A DNA stretch of 64,000 bases from positions 31,868,001 to 31,932,000 of the forward strand of contig OZ024747.1 of assembly GCA_964016885.1 (NCBI GenBank). Reading direction: 5' to 3'. Position 1 is the first letter of the stretch; every line of letters starts with the position of its first letter. Below the pieces are notes generated by a model. That model made no database searches. It saw only the letters and a list, made by a program, of their open reading frames with translations, and was not told the origin of the DNA. Both the position numbers and the translations under genes were made by a program. The stretch comes from Eledone cirrhosa. Taxonomy: Eukaryota. Below, piece by piece: positions 20,221-34,000 of this stretch.

Positions 20221-20687
20221 TTGTTATTCCACATCCCTACATGAATACATAATTGACGTGGTGATAGAGAAATGAAATGAGAGAGAGGGGAAGAATATAT
20301 ATGAGGGAATATTGTTATCCACCTCACTACATGAACTATAATTCATGTAGAGATGGCGCAATCTTCGATTGGCAGCTTGAGAGCTTTGACGTTTCAACAA
20401 ACATATATTTAGCGAGAAAAGAGAAGGGAAAATGTAGAGATCAGGGAGAGAGAAAGAGAAAAGGAAAGGTTGACGGAGAGAGAGAAGAGAATGTGTTGAG
20501 GGGGAGAGGGTTGATATAGAACTTGACCCATTCAACTTGACCAAAAATTCTATTGACAGCCAAACAGTTTATTCTATGATGAAGACAATGGTAGAATTTG
20601 AAGAGAAGAGGAGTGAAGAGGAGAGTTAGAGAAAGACAAGGAAAGACACAGTGAGGGTGAGAGTGAGAAGGAGATAGAGATATAATG

Positions 20688-20722
<35 letters not shown>

Positions 20723-21411
20723 CTGATAAGGAAAGAGAGAGATAGAGTGAAAGAATGTAATAGGAATAGAGAGAAACAGTGAATGAGTGAGAGAGAGAGA
20801 TATATTGAAATGTGATAGGGATAGAGAGAAATAGAAACAAAGTGAGAATGTGACAGAGACATTTTTCTTTCAGAGATAGAAAGAGCGACAGAAATGAGAT
20901 AAGGATAGAGAAAAGAGGGAAAGATGTGATAGAGATAGAAAAAAAGAGAAACTAGAATTTGATAGAGATAATGATATGAGAGAGAGAATAAGAAGAATTA
21001 TGTATTCTAACATCAATAGAAAGATTGGAAATTGACAAAAAATAAACCAAAAATAATGATACAACAAAAAGGACAGAAACTATAATCAATATTCCTTACT
21101 AATAAAAGAATTAAGGTAGGAAATGGGGGGCATGGGCAGGGCCAGAAGAAGTGGGTGAGGGGTTGAACGGTGAATAAAAAAAACAGTTAACCAAAAAACA
21201 CAAAACAACAAAAAACAAAAGCCACTCTCTCCTAATGAAAACTCCCACCTCGCACCACACCTACCTACCACCACATACCTAACTCCCTCCTCATACCTAC
21301 CCTCCCACCTCACATCTCCAGAATAAACTGGGATAAAATGAGAAATCAAATCATATAAAATATTGATGTATTTATTTTTCAAGATATATAAAAAAATATA
21401 AAAATAAATAA

Positions 21412-21442
<31 letters not shown>

Positions 21443-21588
21443 AAAACAGAACAGAAGAATTTTTTGTTATATTTTTCTTTGGTTTTCTTTTTTGCTATCA
21501 TTTTTATTTTGTTATTATTATTATTATTGGTACTACTGCTATTAAAATCATCAACATCAACATCATCATCAATTATTATTATTATTAT

Positions 21589-21620
<32 letters not shown>

Positions 21621-21974
21621 TCATTGTTATATTTTTTATTATTATGTATTTTTGTTGGCTTTTGTTTCTTTGGTTCATAATTGTGATATATCTACAACAT
21701 TTCTAACAGATAAGCCATCTTAATGATGAAACACTGCTGCTGCTGCTTCTCTTGTTTTTCTTCTTTTGTCTCTTTTTTTTTTGGCATGCTGTGAAATATT
21801 GCACCATTCTACTTCTTTCTTACTTTGTCTTTCTTCAGTGTCAATCTCCTCCTCTCCCCCTCCTATTCTTTGTAATCTTCCTTTATCTTCTTCATCCTCT
21901 CTCTTTCCCTTCACTCCTTCCTGTGTCTATCTTTTGTTTTTCTTCATCACTTTGAAAACCTATTGGTTCCAAAC

Positions 21975-22448
21975 CAGCAGCAACAGCAGCAGAAGCAGAA
22001 GCAGCAACAGCAGCAGAAGCAGCAACAGCAGCAGAAGCAACAATAGCAGCAACAGCAGCAGAAGCAGCAACAGCAGCAAAAGCAGCAACAGCAGCAGAAG
22101 CAACAACAGCAGCAGAATCAACGCCAGCAGCAGAAGCAACAACAGCAGCAGAAGCAGCAACAGCAGCAGAAGCAGCAACAGCAGCAGAAGCAGCAGCAGA
22201 AGCAGCAACAGCAGCAGAAGCAACAACAGCAGCAGAAGCAACGCCAGCAGCAGAAGCAACAACAGCAGCAGAAGCAGCAACAGCAGCAGAAGCAGCAACA
22301 GAAGCAGCAACAGCAGCAGAAGCAACAACAGCAGCAGAAGCAACAACAGCAGCAGAAGCAGCAACAGCAGCAGAAGCAACAACAGCAGCAGAAGCAACAA
22401 CAGCAGCAGAAGCAACAACAGCAGCAGAAGCAGCAACAGCAGCAGCAG
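21975..22448. repeat. Compound trinucleotide repeat with an 18-bp higher-order unit AGC-A(G/A)C-AAC-AGC-AGC-AGA
   Basis: Direct reading; about 26 units with occasional dropped triplets. Confidence 0.93.
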
Positions 22449-22514
22449 TTAAAGGAAGGTAATCTGATTAAATAATGGTGGCCCATTTATTTCCTTTCAT
22501 TGTTTCATTTACAA

Positions 22515-23093
22515 TGTGTGCTTGTGTGTGTGTAAAGTTATATGTGTGAGGGTGTGTAAATATGGGCAAGTGTGTGAGAGTGCATGTGTGTGTGTGTATA
22601 TATATGCTTACTTACACACACTCACACATATCTATATATATACACACATACACATGCATATATGTATACATATGTACAAATACACATACATATATATATG
22701 CATATATACATACATTTACATACATATGAATACATATATACAAACATGTATATATGTATGTGTGTATGTATGTGTATATATGTATATATATGTATGGATA
22801 TATATATATATATGCATATACACATGCATATATGTATGCATATGTACAAATACACATACATATATATATGCATGTATAGATACATGCACATACATATGAA
22901 TACATATATATATGTATGTGTGTATGTGTATATATGTATATATATGTGTGGATATATATATATATAAATACACATACATATATATATGCATATATACATA
23001 CATGCACATACATATGAATACATATATAAAAACATGTATATATATATATATGTATGTGTGTATGTATGTGTATATATATATATATATGTGTGG

Positions 23094-23125
<32 letters not shown>

Positions 23126-23168
23126 CTGTGAGTGTGTGTCTGTGAGTGTGTGTGCATATATATATATA
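22515..23168. repeat. Degenerate (TG)/(CA)/(TA) tract with internal duplications
   Basis: Recurring AAATACACATACATATATATATGCAT and ACATACATATGAATACATATAT blocks. Confidence 0.75.
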
Positions 23169-23562
23169 GATTATAAGACAACTCAGTATTAGTTTTATCT
23201 TTCAGAATTATGAAACTCCTCAGAATCTTTTTTCAACAGTCTTAAGTAACTCTACATTTTATTATATCAGTCTGGGATTTCTCACTTGACATCTCTTTTG
23301 AAGTCTTAACATATAATAGATGTATTTGTAAACATTTAGCTAGAGGTCTGGTTGTCTGCATGCTTCACAATATTGCTTTGTAATCATATAGGCAGAGCAG
23401 AGATGGCTGAGTGGTTAATGAGTTTGCTTAGCAACCAGTCTTTCTGGGTTTCATTCTTCCTGTGCAACCCCTTGGGCAAATGTTTTCTACAATAGCCTGC
23501 CACTGACTTATGTCTTGTGAGTGGGATTTGGTATATAGAATCTGTAGAAAACGAGCATGTGA

Positions 23563-23594
<32 letters not shown>

Positions 23595-23751
23595 GTATGT
23601 ATGTATATATATATATATATATATACATATATATAATATTAGCCATTATCAGGCTACAATTTCTTTAGACAAAAATACGGCGAGAGCTTCTACTTCTAAT
23701 TTCAATATCGCTCGCTGTTTCTAAGCATACTTACCTCTCTATCTGTATATA

Positions 23752-23843
<92 letters not shown>

Positions 23844-24550
23844 CATATATATACATACACATATATACAGAAACATACACATGCAAAAAAAGGGAACAGA
23901 AAACATGTTTCTTTATAATATATGTATCATCATCATCGTTTTATGTCCATTCTTCCATGCTAGCATGGGTTAGACGAGTTGTCCTGTTATAGGCAATGTT
24001 AGGTCAGGTGACCATGCTTTGCTTATACAGAACTGATTTTGCTTGCTTTCTACAGCTGGATGTCCTTCCTAATGCCAACCTCATTTAAAGTGAGTACTGA
24101 GTGATACATCCATGACCCCTATACAGTGGAAGTTTGGTGTGGGTATATATATATATATACACACATACACGTATGCAAATACATATTTCCTGGTGATTTT
24201 CTTCAAATGAAACAGTTCTAGGCCTCTGGAAGCCATTTCTATATTAAATTTGTTTTATATATATATATAATAACATAACAATACACATATCTTTCTGAAA
24301 GAATCGCGGGCAATTTATAATGTTATCTAAGTATTTGTAATGTTATTTATGTATATATTTAAAACATATTTGTCATGTTATTCTACTGTAAATTTATTTA
24401 TATGCTCTGTATAATAAAAATATGCGTAAGCATACATAAACAAAAAAAAAAAAAAATGAAGTTTTTCCATAGGAAAGGTAAAGGAAAAGAGAGTGCTGTA
24501 TGTAGGCTACAGAGCTTTTTAGTTATTTAATAAACAACATAAGATAATTA

Positions 24551-24638
24551 TTTCATTTACCAAAGGTTTCACGAAGACAGACGAGCCTGACACAGACGAG
24601 CCTGACACAGACGTCTGACTTTCGTGGTCAGAATGAAA
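24551..24638 (-). ncRNA. Decayed type I hammerhead-like motif
   Basis: Minus strand: TTTCATT-CTGACC-ACGAAAG...CTTCGT-GAAA-CC-TTT-GG-TA-AATGAAA. All three stems pair but the CUGANGA core is damaged. Confidence 0.55.
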
Positions 24639-25122
24639 ATTTATTTAAAACTGATGTGAGATATGGATTTCAGAACAAAGTCTAGAACAATTGAAACCGA
24701 GGCTGAAATAAAATATTGGACGTAATGTAAAGGGGAAAATAATAAATATTTATGTATATATATACAAACACACACATATACAAGCACATACGCATATACC
24801 TATATTCACACACTCACACATACATACATGTACGCATACATGCACATACACATACACATACCCATAAATATACACACATATATATATACATATATATATA
24901 TATATACATATATACATATATACATATATATATACATATATATGTATATACACATACACACACTTACATACACGCACACACACTTACATACACGCACACA
25001 CATCCTTATACTTGTGTATATATGTGTCTATGTATCTGTATATATGCGTGTGTATCTATATATGTGTATGTGCGTGTATGTACGGATAATGCGTCTATAT
25101 GTGTATACATATATATTTGTGA

Positions 25123-25155
<33 letters not shown>

Positions 25156-25170
25156 AATATATATATAAAT

Positions 25171-25201
<31 letters not shown>

Positions 25202-25212
25202 TATCATCATTT

Positions 25213-25550
25213 CATCATCATCATTTCATTTTACGTCCGCTTTTTCCCTGCTTGCAAGGGTGGGACGGGAACTGATACTGGCTTGATTTCTACAGCTGGA
25301 TGCCCTTCCTAACACCAACCTCATTTACAGTGAGTACTGGGTGCTTTTTTGCCGTGGCACCTCCACGACCATTTTACAGTTGAATGATAGGGACCCCAGT
25401 CCCTAGCATCTCATTTCTACAGCTGAGTAAACTGGAGCAATGTGAAATAAAGTGTCTTGCTCAAGGAAACAACACATCACCCGGTCTGAGAATTGAACTC
25501 TCAACCTTTCGATTGCAAGGCCAATGCTCTAACCACTAAGCCATGTGCCT
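25213..25550 (-). mobile_element. tRNA-derived SINE (CORE/V-like centre, RTE-like (GAT)n tail)
   Basis: Head GGCACATGGCTTAGTGGTTAGAGC (A box)...GAGTTCAATTCTC (B box); TCCTTGAGCAAGACACTTTA; tail GAAAAAGCGGACGTAAAATGAAATGATG. At least seven similar copies in the window. Confidence 0.88.
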
Positions 25551-25558
25551 CCATATGT

Positions 25559-25609
<51 letters not shown>

Positions 25610-25714
25610 CAATTGTATGTATATGTGAGTGTATATATATATATATATATAAATATGTCCATGTATATGTGTATGTATACATATGCATGTGCATATGTTT
25701 GTATATATGTCCTC

Positions 25715-25776
<62 letters not shown>

Positions 25777-26209
25777 GTATATGTATTTAGGTATGTATGT
25801 ATATATGTTTGTAATTGTGACGAATATTTATTCTTATATGTGTGTGTTGGCGTGAGCCTGTATATATATGTGTGTATGTGTGTGTGAATATATATATATA
25901 TATATAATTTATTATTTTCTTGTTTTTGTCAGCCCCTGTGTTTTAGATGCGTCTTGTGCCCGTTCATTTTTGTCTTTATTTTACTTTATTTTTTATCTCG
26001 TTTTTAATATTGTGTGTGCGTATGTGGTGTGTTGTGTATGTGTTTATGTATATGTGTGTAGATGTATTCATGTGTGTGACTGTGTGTTCATGTATGCATG
26101 TATGTATGTATATGTGTGTGTGCGCCTATATGTATATATGTATATATGGGTGTGTATATGTATCCATATGTGTGTGTCTGCGTGCATGCTTGTGTTCAAG
26201 TGTGCAAGT

Positions 26210-26972
26210 TAATGAGGGTGTCAACCCTTTCAGACGCATCCACCATACAATCTCTTTTACCATGGCCACCAGGCAGATAAAAACTTCCTGCCCTTTCCCG
26301 GCTAAAGGAAGGCAGCAGGGCAATCTTCACGATGGACTCAGCTCATAGCCGGATTCGTCCTACGCGCGACAGCAGGTGTTAGACATAAACCCACAAGTCA
26401 GCAATGCTCGGACACTGGACAAGTGCGTGCAGCATGGTTTCATCGCCCTGCGCGCATCTCGGACATGCCCAGCTGACGGCACCTCCATGCCTGTAGAGTT
26501 TATCCCGAACTGGAAAGGATCCTCGGTAGCACTGCCAGGCCAGGTATTTCTGGAAGTTTTCCATAGGCCCCGGCCCAAAAGTTCTCCAAAAGAGATTGGC
26601 TAGTTGATTTTCATTGACGACCAGAGTCTCCCCAAGTATGTCGTCGCTCTTCCCCTCCACTAATCCTCTATAGAACGCCAAGGTGGAGTTTCCACCGATC
26701 ACATTGCCCGACTGGTCGAGGGCTGTAAGCGCCTGAAGACATTCCAGTCTCCAAGCGCTCCCTCTCGGTCTTTGCATGACCCAGGACTTTGCTTCACTGG
26801 GGAAAGACGCGTCTAGCAAACGGCGACCACACCTGATCACCGTTGAGGAAGAGGTGGAGATGTCGTAGCCTGAGTGCATGTCTGTGCATCATCAGCCACG
26901 GCATGCCCAGCCCTCCACGTAGCGGGTGTTTACAGCAGATGGACAGCCTGACCATCGGAGCAAGTCCCTTCC
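26210..26972 (-). mobile_element. L1/Tx1-type LINE ORF2 C-terminal fragment (zf-RVT region), frameshifted
   Basis: PLRGGLGMP motif, then FPVRDKLYRHG..CPRCAQGDETMLHALVQCPSIADLW. GC-rich relative to flanks. Confidence 0.82.
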
Positions 26973-27186
26973 ACAATATTAATAATAATAATAATAATAG
27001 TAATAATAATAATAATAATAATAAGCCCCGCCACGCTTTTTGGAATGCTTCAAAAGGCATGCTTGCTGGGAACAGCAAGAACCCTCCGATACGTCCTGAA
27101 TATCTGAGCTGCAGGTAGTGGCTTGATATTCATTTCAACAAACTTTCCAGTTAACTAACATCAATGACTGAGACTCAAAGAACAAC

Positions 27187-27235
<49 letters not shown>

Positions 27236-27973
27236 AATGAAAATAAATAATGTCAAATAAATAAACAAACAGAATCCTTTATTCTCTGTGAGACATTCTC
27301 TGTAAAGTACATTTAGGCTTTTTTACTTACCCAGGTAATTTTAGAGCAGTTATATATCACCTTCCTCACCCCTCTCTCTCTATTATATATATATTTATAT
27401 ATATAATCATATAGAGTTATATATATTTATATATATAATCATATAGAGTTATATATAAACACACATATAGAGAAAACGATACATATATACATATACATAC
27501 ACACATAATAGATGTATTCATTTAGTAATATAGTTGTATAGTTTTACAGAGAGGAAGCCTTTATTATCACCAATTACTTTACAGAGTTGACTAGGTGTAT
27601 TTTATTGAGCCATCAGGATTAAAGCATCCCCTCCACGCTATATCAATTTTTATTTAATTATTGATATGTGTGCATGTGTGTTTCCAGTTTAGAACTGATA
27701 CACTATTTCCATGTGTGTTGAAGAGATTAAAAGTGTTAGTTTCAAGAAGGGCATCCTTCTATAAAACGTTGCCTCAAAGATTCCCATCCAACCCATGCCA
27801 GCATGAAATATTCAACAGAAAAATGATGAAGATGATGATATATATAGAAGCATTTCAGTAAAACACATGTATGATACAGAAATCTAAGGTGATATAAATA
27901 TCTCAGGAATGAAGCACTGAATGAACTGTACATGCATTCACATATATCATCATCATCATCATATATATACGTA

Positions 27974-28014
<41 letters not shown>

Positions 28015-29885
28015 ATATATATATATATATATAATCACCATTTAATGTCCATTTTTCCATGCTAGCATGGGTTAGACGAGTTTTCCTGACATTGTGAGAC
28101 AATTCAGATCAGGTAACCATGTGTTGCTCATACATGAAAAAGTAAGTTAACACTATGCCTGATGTATTGAGAGTTTGACCAATATATGATACCAGCAATA
28201 TAACCAGCAATGACTTGGTTTGACCAATATATGATACCAGTAGAAAGATGCTCAATGACTACAAGACATGGAACAGAAATTTCAAACAATTCTAACATGG
28301 TAGAAATTGCTATAAAATGGAGGGGAAAAATTGTCTGAAGATAAGAGAGAGCAAATAAGAAGACAGTTTGTTATGTATTAAGAAGACGAAATAGATTGGG
28401 TAAAGTATGTGGTACAAACAAATGTGGCAATGTATGTGGCATAAATAAATGATGACAGATAGGCAATCTAAGATGTGTACATAATGGAGATCAAGGGGGG
28501 ACAGGTTCATAGTTGAGTAGGGCAGAGGGCTAGATAGTGAAATGAAATCAATAATTTTATACCTATTTACATGGATGAGTTCAGTCCTGGCACGAGATCT
28601 TATGTGGCTTTATAGACCAGACATACTTTTAAAAATCTGTCCACATCAATTGCACATTAGTTTTAGTGCAACTTAGACTGCCTGTGTATCTTGATAAACC
28701 CTGAAATGTCTCTTTAGATCTTGAGATTTGCAGATCTTGTGGCATATGTGGTATTGATAAGGGTGAACTGGTTTGTATGTTCTATAGTCACTAGGAAGTG
28801 CACTATTGTGTGCTCTTACGTGAGACTGAAGTCCAGCCTCTGACAGGCAGATTTTACAACAAACTGTACAAGTGGAAAATGTTGCATTAATTTTGTTTCC
28901 TTACTGGTTGTTTTTTTCTTATATTCCTCTTAATATTTACTTGCATTAACCTGTTTTGCTCAAAGGTTTTCCCACTATTCTATATTTTTGAACGCCAGGT
29001 AGACTTATATATTAGTTCAAGATTTAAATGCACTGTGAGACTTATATATTAGTTCAAGATTTAAAAAGTCAAAAAGATACAATTACACAAACTTTTATTG
29101 GTTCTGCAACTGTGGGAAAAGTAATGTCTCAACATATCTAAATATCATCCTTCATATATATAGGGAAAGCGGGGAGTTATTTTTATGTGTAATATTTTCT
29201 TATTATATTTTCACTTTTCTTCAGTGTTTCTTTTGAGTTTTTTTTTCCTCTGCCTTTTTATTCTCTTCTAGCTGTTATTTAATTATTAGTATTGTTATGT
29301 GTTAGATTTCATTTTTGTTCTATCACTCTCTTTCTCTCTCAACTTTTCCCTCACCTTGACATTCTCCTTTCTCCCACACCCTCCAATTTTTCTCCCCGTT
29401 TCTCAGATCACATTTACTACAAACACCCACACTACCACTCACCTCAGTTACACTCCCTTTTATTAATTCTTCTCTTCCTGCTATTCTACACAGCAATATA
29501 GTTATCTATTCAAAGAGTCTGCCTTACCCTCCAGCAGTAAGATTAGTTCTATAATCTACTTCTGTTAACTTCAAACATGGGGAATAACAACCATTAAGTG
29601 TTTTCAACTTAATTACACTCACTTACGCAACAGTTTATCATTCTCGTTTATTACAGCCTTCTGGTACTCGGATTCAAATTTCTATGTAGAAGAGTCATAG
29701 CTTATGTCACCCTGCCATCGTTTTTAAGGATTAACCAAATGTACTAACAAAAGATACAGAAGCATATTTCAATTAGTATTACCCATGTTATCATCATTCA
29801 TTCTTTCTTTTCTAAAATTGATAAGGTGTGATTTCACAGACACTTTACTGCTATTCCTAACTGTGAATGGTGATGAAAGTAATAA

Positions 29886-30062
29886 TTGTTTCTACTTTTG
29901 ACACAAGGCCAGCAATTACCCAGTGCATTACTGGTACTTTATTTTATCGACCCCGTAAGGATGAAAGGTAAATTTAACCTCGATGGGATTTGAACTCAGA
30001 CCGTAAAGGGACGTAACTATGCTGGAAAGCATGGTGTCCGACCCTCTACCGATACTGCCAAT
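29886..30062 (-). mobile_element. SINE with a Meta-domain-like core
   Basis: Minus strand GAGTTCAAATCCCATCGAGG..TTTACCTTTCATCCTTACGGGGTCGATAAAATAAAGTACCAG. Other copies at ~39121-39222, 39345-39413 and 43844-43980. Confidence 0.7.
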
Positions 30063-30679
30063 TCACCTGTAATAATGATGATAAGGATGATAATCATGAT
30101 AATGATGAAGACATTGATAATGAGGACGAAGTTGAGAATAAGTATAAGTACAACTAACAAGACTAACAGCAATGTCAACAAGATGAAGCAGCAGTGGTAT
30201 AGTGTGATGGCAGTAATGGAGGACTGTTAGTATATTATAATATATACACAAAAGGATTTGAAAATACAAATATTTGTTTGAAGTAAAAAGCAACAAGGCT
30301 TTCTTTGATATTTTCATTAAAAAATATAGAATAAAAAACCTTTTGATTTCCTATTTTATTTATTTATTTATTTATTTACATAATTCTTCTTTTAATATAT
30401 ATAAAGTTTCTATATAAACATTTCTATAATTACTTTTTCTTTGTAACTTTATTCATTTGTTTATTTTGTAACAATTTATTTTTTTGTAACTTTATTTATT
30501 TTGTAATTTTTTTTGTTTTTAGTGAAAACATCTTTGCTTATTTGTTTAAATTGTGGTTAAAACTAATATTCTGATTGGAAGCAGCTCTTAACATATTTAA
30601 TTATCCATTCAGCTCATCAACCTGCACTACTTATTTTAACAGGAAATATTCCAATTGGTCAATTAAATTAATCGCATGA

Positions 30680-31008
30680 CATTAAACTTTTCACAGTTTC
30701 TATATTGAATTTTCCATTATAGCCAGTTTATGCATTCCATCATTATAATCACTCCTAGAGTTAGTTAAAGTCTGTTATAAGGTGAAGGCTCATCAGGCTG
30801 ATGCTTATCCCCAGTTTCATCATCATCATCGTTTAACGTGGAAGATAGACATTAAACGATGATGATGATGAAACTGGCGATAAGCACCAGCCTGGTGAGC
30901 CTTCACCTTAGAACAGACTTTAACTAACTCTAGGAGTGATTATAATGATGGAATGCATAAACTGGCTATAATGGAAAATTCAATATAGAAACTGTGAAAA
31001 ATTTAATG
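30680..31008. repeat. ~157-bp inverted repeat centred on an RTE/SINE 3' tail
   Basis: Arms 30680-30837 and 30852-31008 are reverse complements with about five mismatches. Centre (CAT)n-CGTTTAAC-GTGGAAGATAGAC-ATTAAACG-(ATG)n. Confidence 0.9.
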
Positions 31009-34000
31009 CTCCTTGGTGTTAATTGATTGAGAGTACTAGACTCTCTCTGGATCGGTCGCTACTCTTTAGCAGGATTAACTTCTCGATTACTGTTGGTACT
31101 CACTCTGTGTAATGTAGCAAAGTGAAATAAAGTGTTTTCCTCAAGAAAACACAACGCAGTGGCCTGGAATTGAACTGATGACATTATGATCTGATCTTAC
31201 ATCAAGCATCCTAACCATTATGCCATGAGCCTTTACTGTTACTGTTATGCATCTACTTTTTATGCTTACATGAGTTAGAGGTGTTGTAATATTCTGGGAC
31301 CTGACATGTCAGATAACTACATTTTGCTCATATGGTTTCTATAGCTGAATGCCCCCAGTTAATGCCAATCACTTCATGGCAATCAAGGCCTATGTTTCGC
31401 TACCATGTAGCATTGCAGTTCACAAGCAGGCATTCTGCTAGATGGTTGCTGCAGGTCAATAAAGGGCAGCCTCCAACAAGAAAAGAACCCTGCCAAAATT
31501 ATGGAAAGCATAACAAATAAGATTATTATCTCAAATTGCTGAGACTCACAGAAAGATGATGAAGGAATGCAGCAGTGGAGAGATGCTATGCTGTGCTGAA
31601 AAGAACTCATCCAACCCATGCAAGCATGGAAAAATGGATATCAAAATGAGGATGATATACATATAATGCCTTTACAAGTGTTGCCTTAGACAGGAAACAG
31701 TGTGAACATCACACCACAGCTGGAGTCAAAGCCTGCATCTCCTGCTTGTCAGGTAAATGTGCTACTGGATTTTATTTCCACTTGTAAATTTCTTAGATGA
31801 TTCCCATTAAGAAACATATGAAACAAATGTAAGCTTGCTTTACTATGTTACTATTATACCAAGAGTGCCTGTGTATATATATATGTGCATGTGTATGTGT
31901 GTGTATAAATATATTTATATGTGTGCATACATATACTTGTGTAAGTATTTGTGCAAATAAGAAAAAAATTATACTGCATTGTATTATTTTTTGTTGTAAG
32001 TGAAATAACTAAACCTTTGATTTGAAATCATTCTGTGTATATAAAAAATATAGTACATATTTAGTATAATATATAGTCTGTGTATATGGTATTTATTGTC
32101 TGTTTATATAGTATATATTTAGTATAATATATAGTCTGTGTATATGGTATTTATATAGTATATATTTAGTATAATATTAATATATAGTCTGTTTATATAG
32201 TATATAGTTAGTATAATATAAGAAGAAGCTTTATTCTACAATGCTTGCCAATCCTTTTATATTAAATTACTACTCAACATACATTGTTGCCATCATTTAT
32301 ATTTTCAATAATTTCCATTCTTACTCAGAATATTCACAGACACTAGAAATTGAATGATACCATGCAAAAACAGTAACTGTCTCTCTGCGAGTAATATTTC
32401 ATCTATTATATTCTACAGAACCTGCTTCTTCACATAAATACAATCATTTACCATTAGATACAGTTACTTTCTTCATCTAAGTTTCATATTTTCCATGCAG
32501 CACAGCTAGCTATCTTATTGTAAAATTCCATTAATTTCAACATTACAACCCAAACTCCTGCAGTCAGTATACCATCAGAGGAAATTTAATATCTAATCTG
32601 TTTTCAATGATTTATAACTCTTGCATGTAATATGAAAGAGCATAACTTGTCAAATGGGCTGATTGTGATATGCTAAAATCAATTTACTTTAAACTCCATC
32701 ATCTCTTAATATTTGAATCTCCTAAGATACACATTTTGTCTTTGTCAGTTGTATTAAGTATCCTACTAATTCTTGATAAACAGTATTGCATCAGAGCAGA
32801 GCAGCGCAATAAACAATTTTTGTTAATGGTGTTCAGCTGGAAATCAGTTGATTACGACTACATTACATTATCCACTAGAATAAACTGAGCCTTGACAGAA
32901 GAAATACTGGATAAATCTTGCTACAAAACTTTCTGTATACAACAAATTTATTTTAAGTTTTGTTAGCACATGAAATAAATGTTTAGACATTCTTGTATAC
33001 AGAGAAACCATCTTGAATTATATCTATTCCTTACATAGAACTGCAATACGCTTAATTCTTAGCACATCTGCAGTTACAGAAATTTTCTTCTGTTTATAAC
33101 AACTAATCATAGAGAACAAAATAGAAAAATAGAAAGAAAAAAAAAAGAAAAAAAAAGGCAAGAAGTAAAAATAAAAATTGACATTTGAAAATTAGTTTAG
33201 TGCTTATTTTATCACCCTCACTCTTTCTCACTCCCCCCACTTTATTTTGTTATTTGTTGTTTCTTTTAAAACTATGGTAAATATTACTTTCAAACTCATT
33301 TCCCTCTCTACCTAAAACATGAATAGAAAAAAGTAAGTGAAATTTTGTTTTAAAATGATTCTCCAGCCTTAATATTACTAGTTTGACAGTTAGTTAAGAT
33401 TCATTCATTTGTTAAAAAAGGGGTGGGGGGGGGGGGGGGATGTTGCACAGAATTGACTAAAGTGAAACATAAACAAAGTTAAGGAGAAAGAAAAGGAAAT
33501 CAAATTGTTTGTACAAACGGCAATTATAAGAATGTTTGGATTAGAATATTAGCAGATGTTTGGGGTTGATCCAAGAAACAAGGATACATTTAAGATAAAC
33601 TCAGAGAATAAAGACCATTGTTTTGTTTATTTCCAACCATTGACATGCTTAATATGTTTATACCTTCAAATTTCTACTTGCTAGTATCAAGACGTATGTT
33701 TTTGTGGCTGTATGTTCAAGAAGTTTGCAATGTGCAGGCATTGCTGTGTGGTTAAGAAGTTTGCTTCATAATCACATAGGTTCAGGCACCATCTTACAGT
33801 GTGGCATCTTGGACAAGTGATTTCTGCCAACAACTCAGGCTGATGAGTGCCTTATGATCGAATTTGGTAAATGGAAACTGAAAGAATGGTATCATATACA
33901 GGGTGAGTGGAAAGAAACTCCTTATGTAAAATGTTTGATGACTTAATTATTGGTGGATTTTCATAAAACATGTTTTTTTTAACATTACTACAGTGTTAAA

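Noticed and set aside
21766-22486. Poly-Ser, poly-Leu and poly-Cys ORFs
   Set aside because: Alternative frames of one trinucleotide repeat with no unique coding flank.
23727-23736. ATACTTACCT, matching the U1 snRNA 5' end or a minus-strand perfect splice donor
   Set aside because: No U1 body follows, and the would-be exon is microsatellite.
33896-33990. Tc1/mariner-like terminus TACAGGGTG (also TACAGG at ~61084)
   Set aside because: No matching inverted terminus or transposase found.
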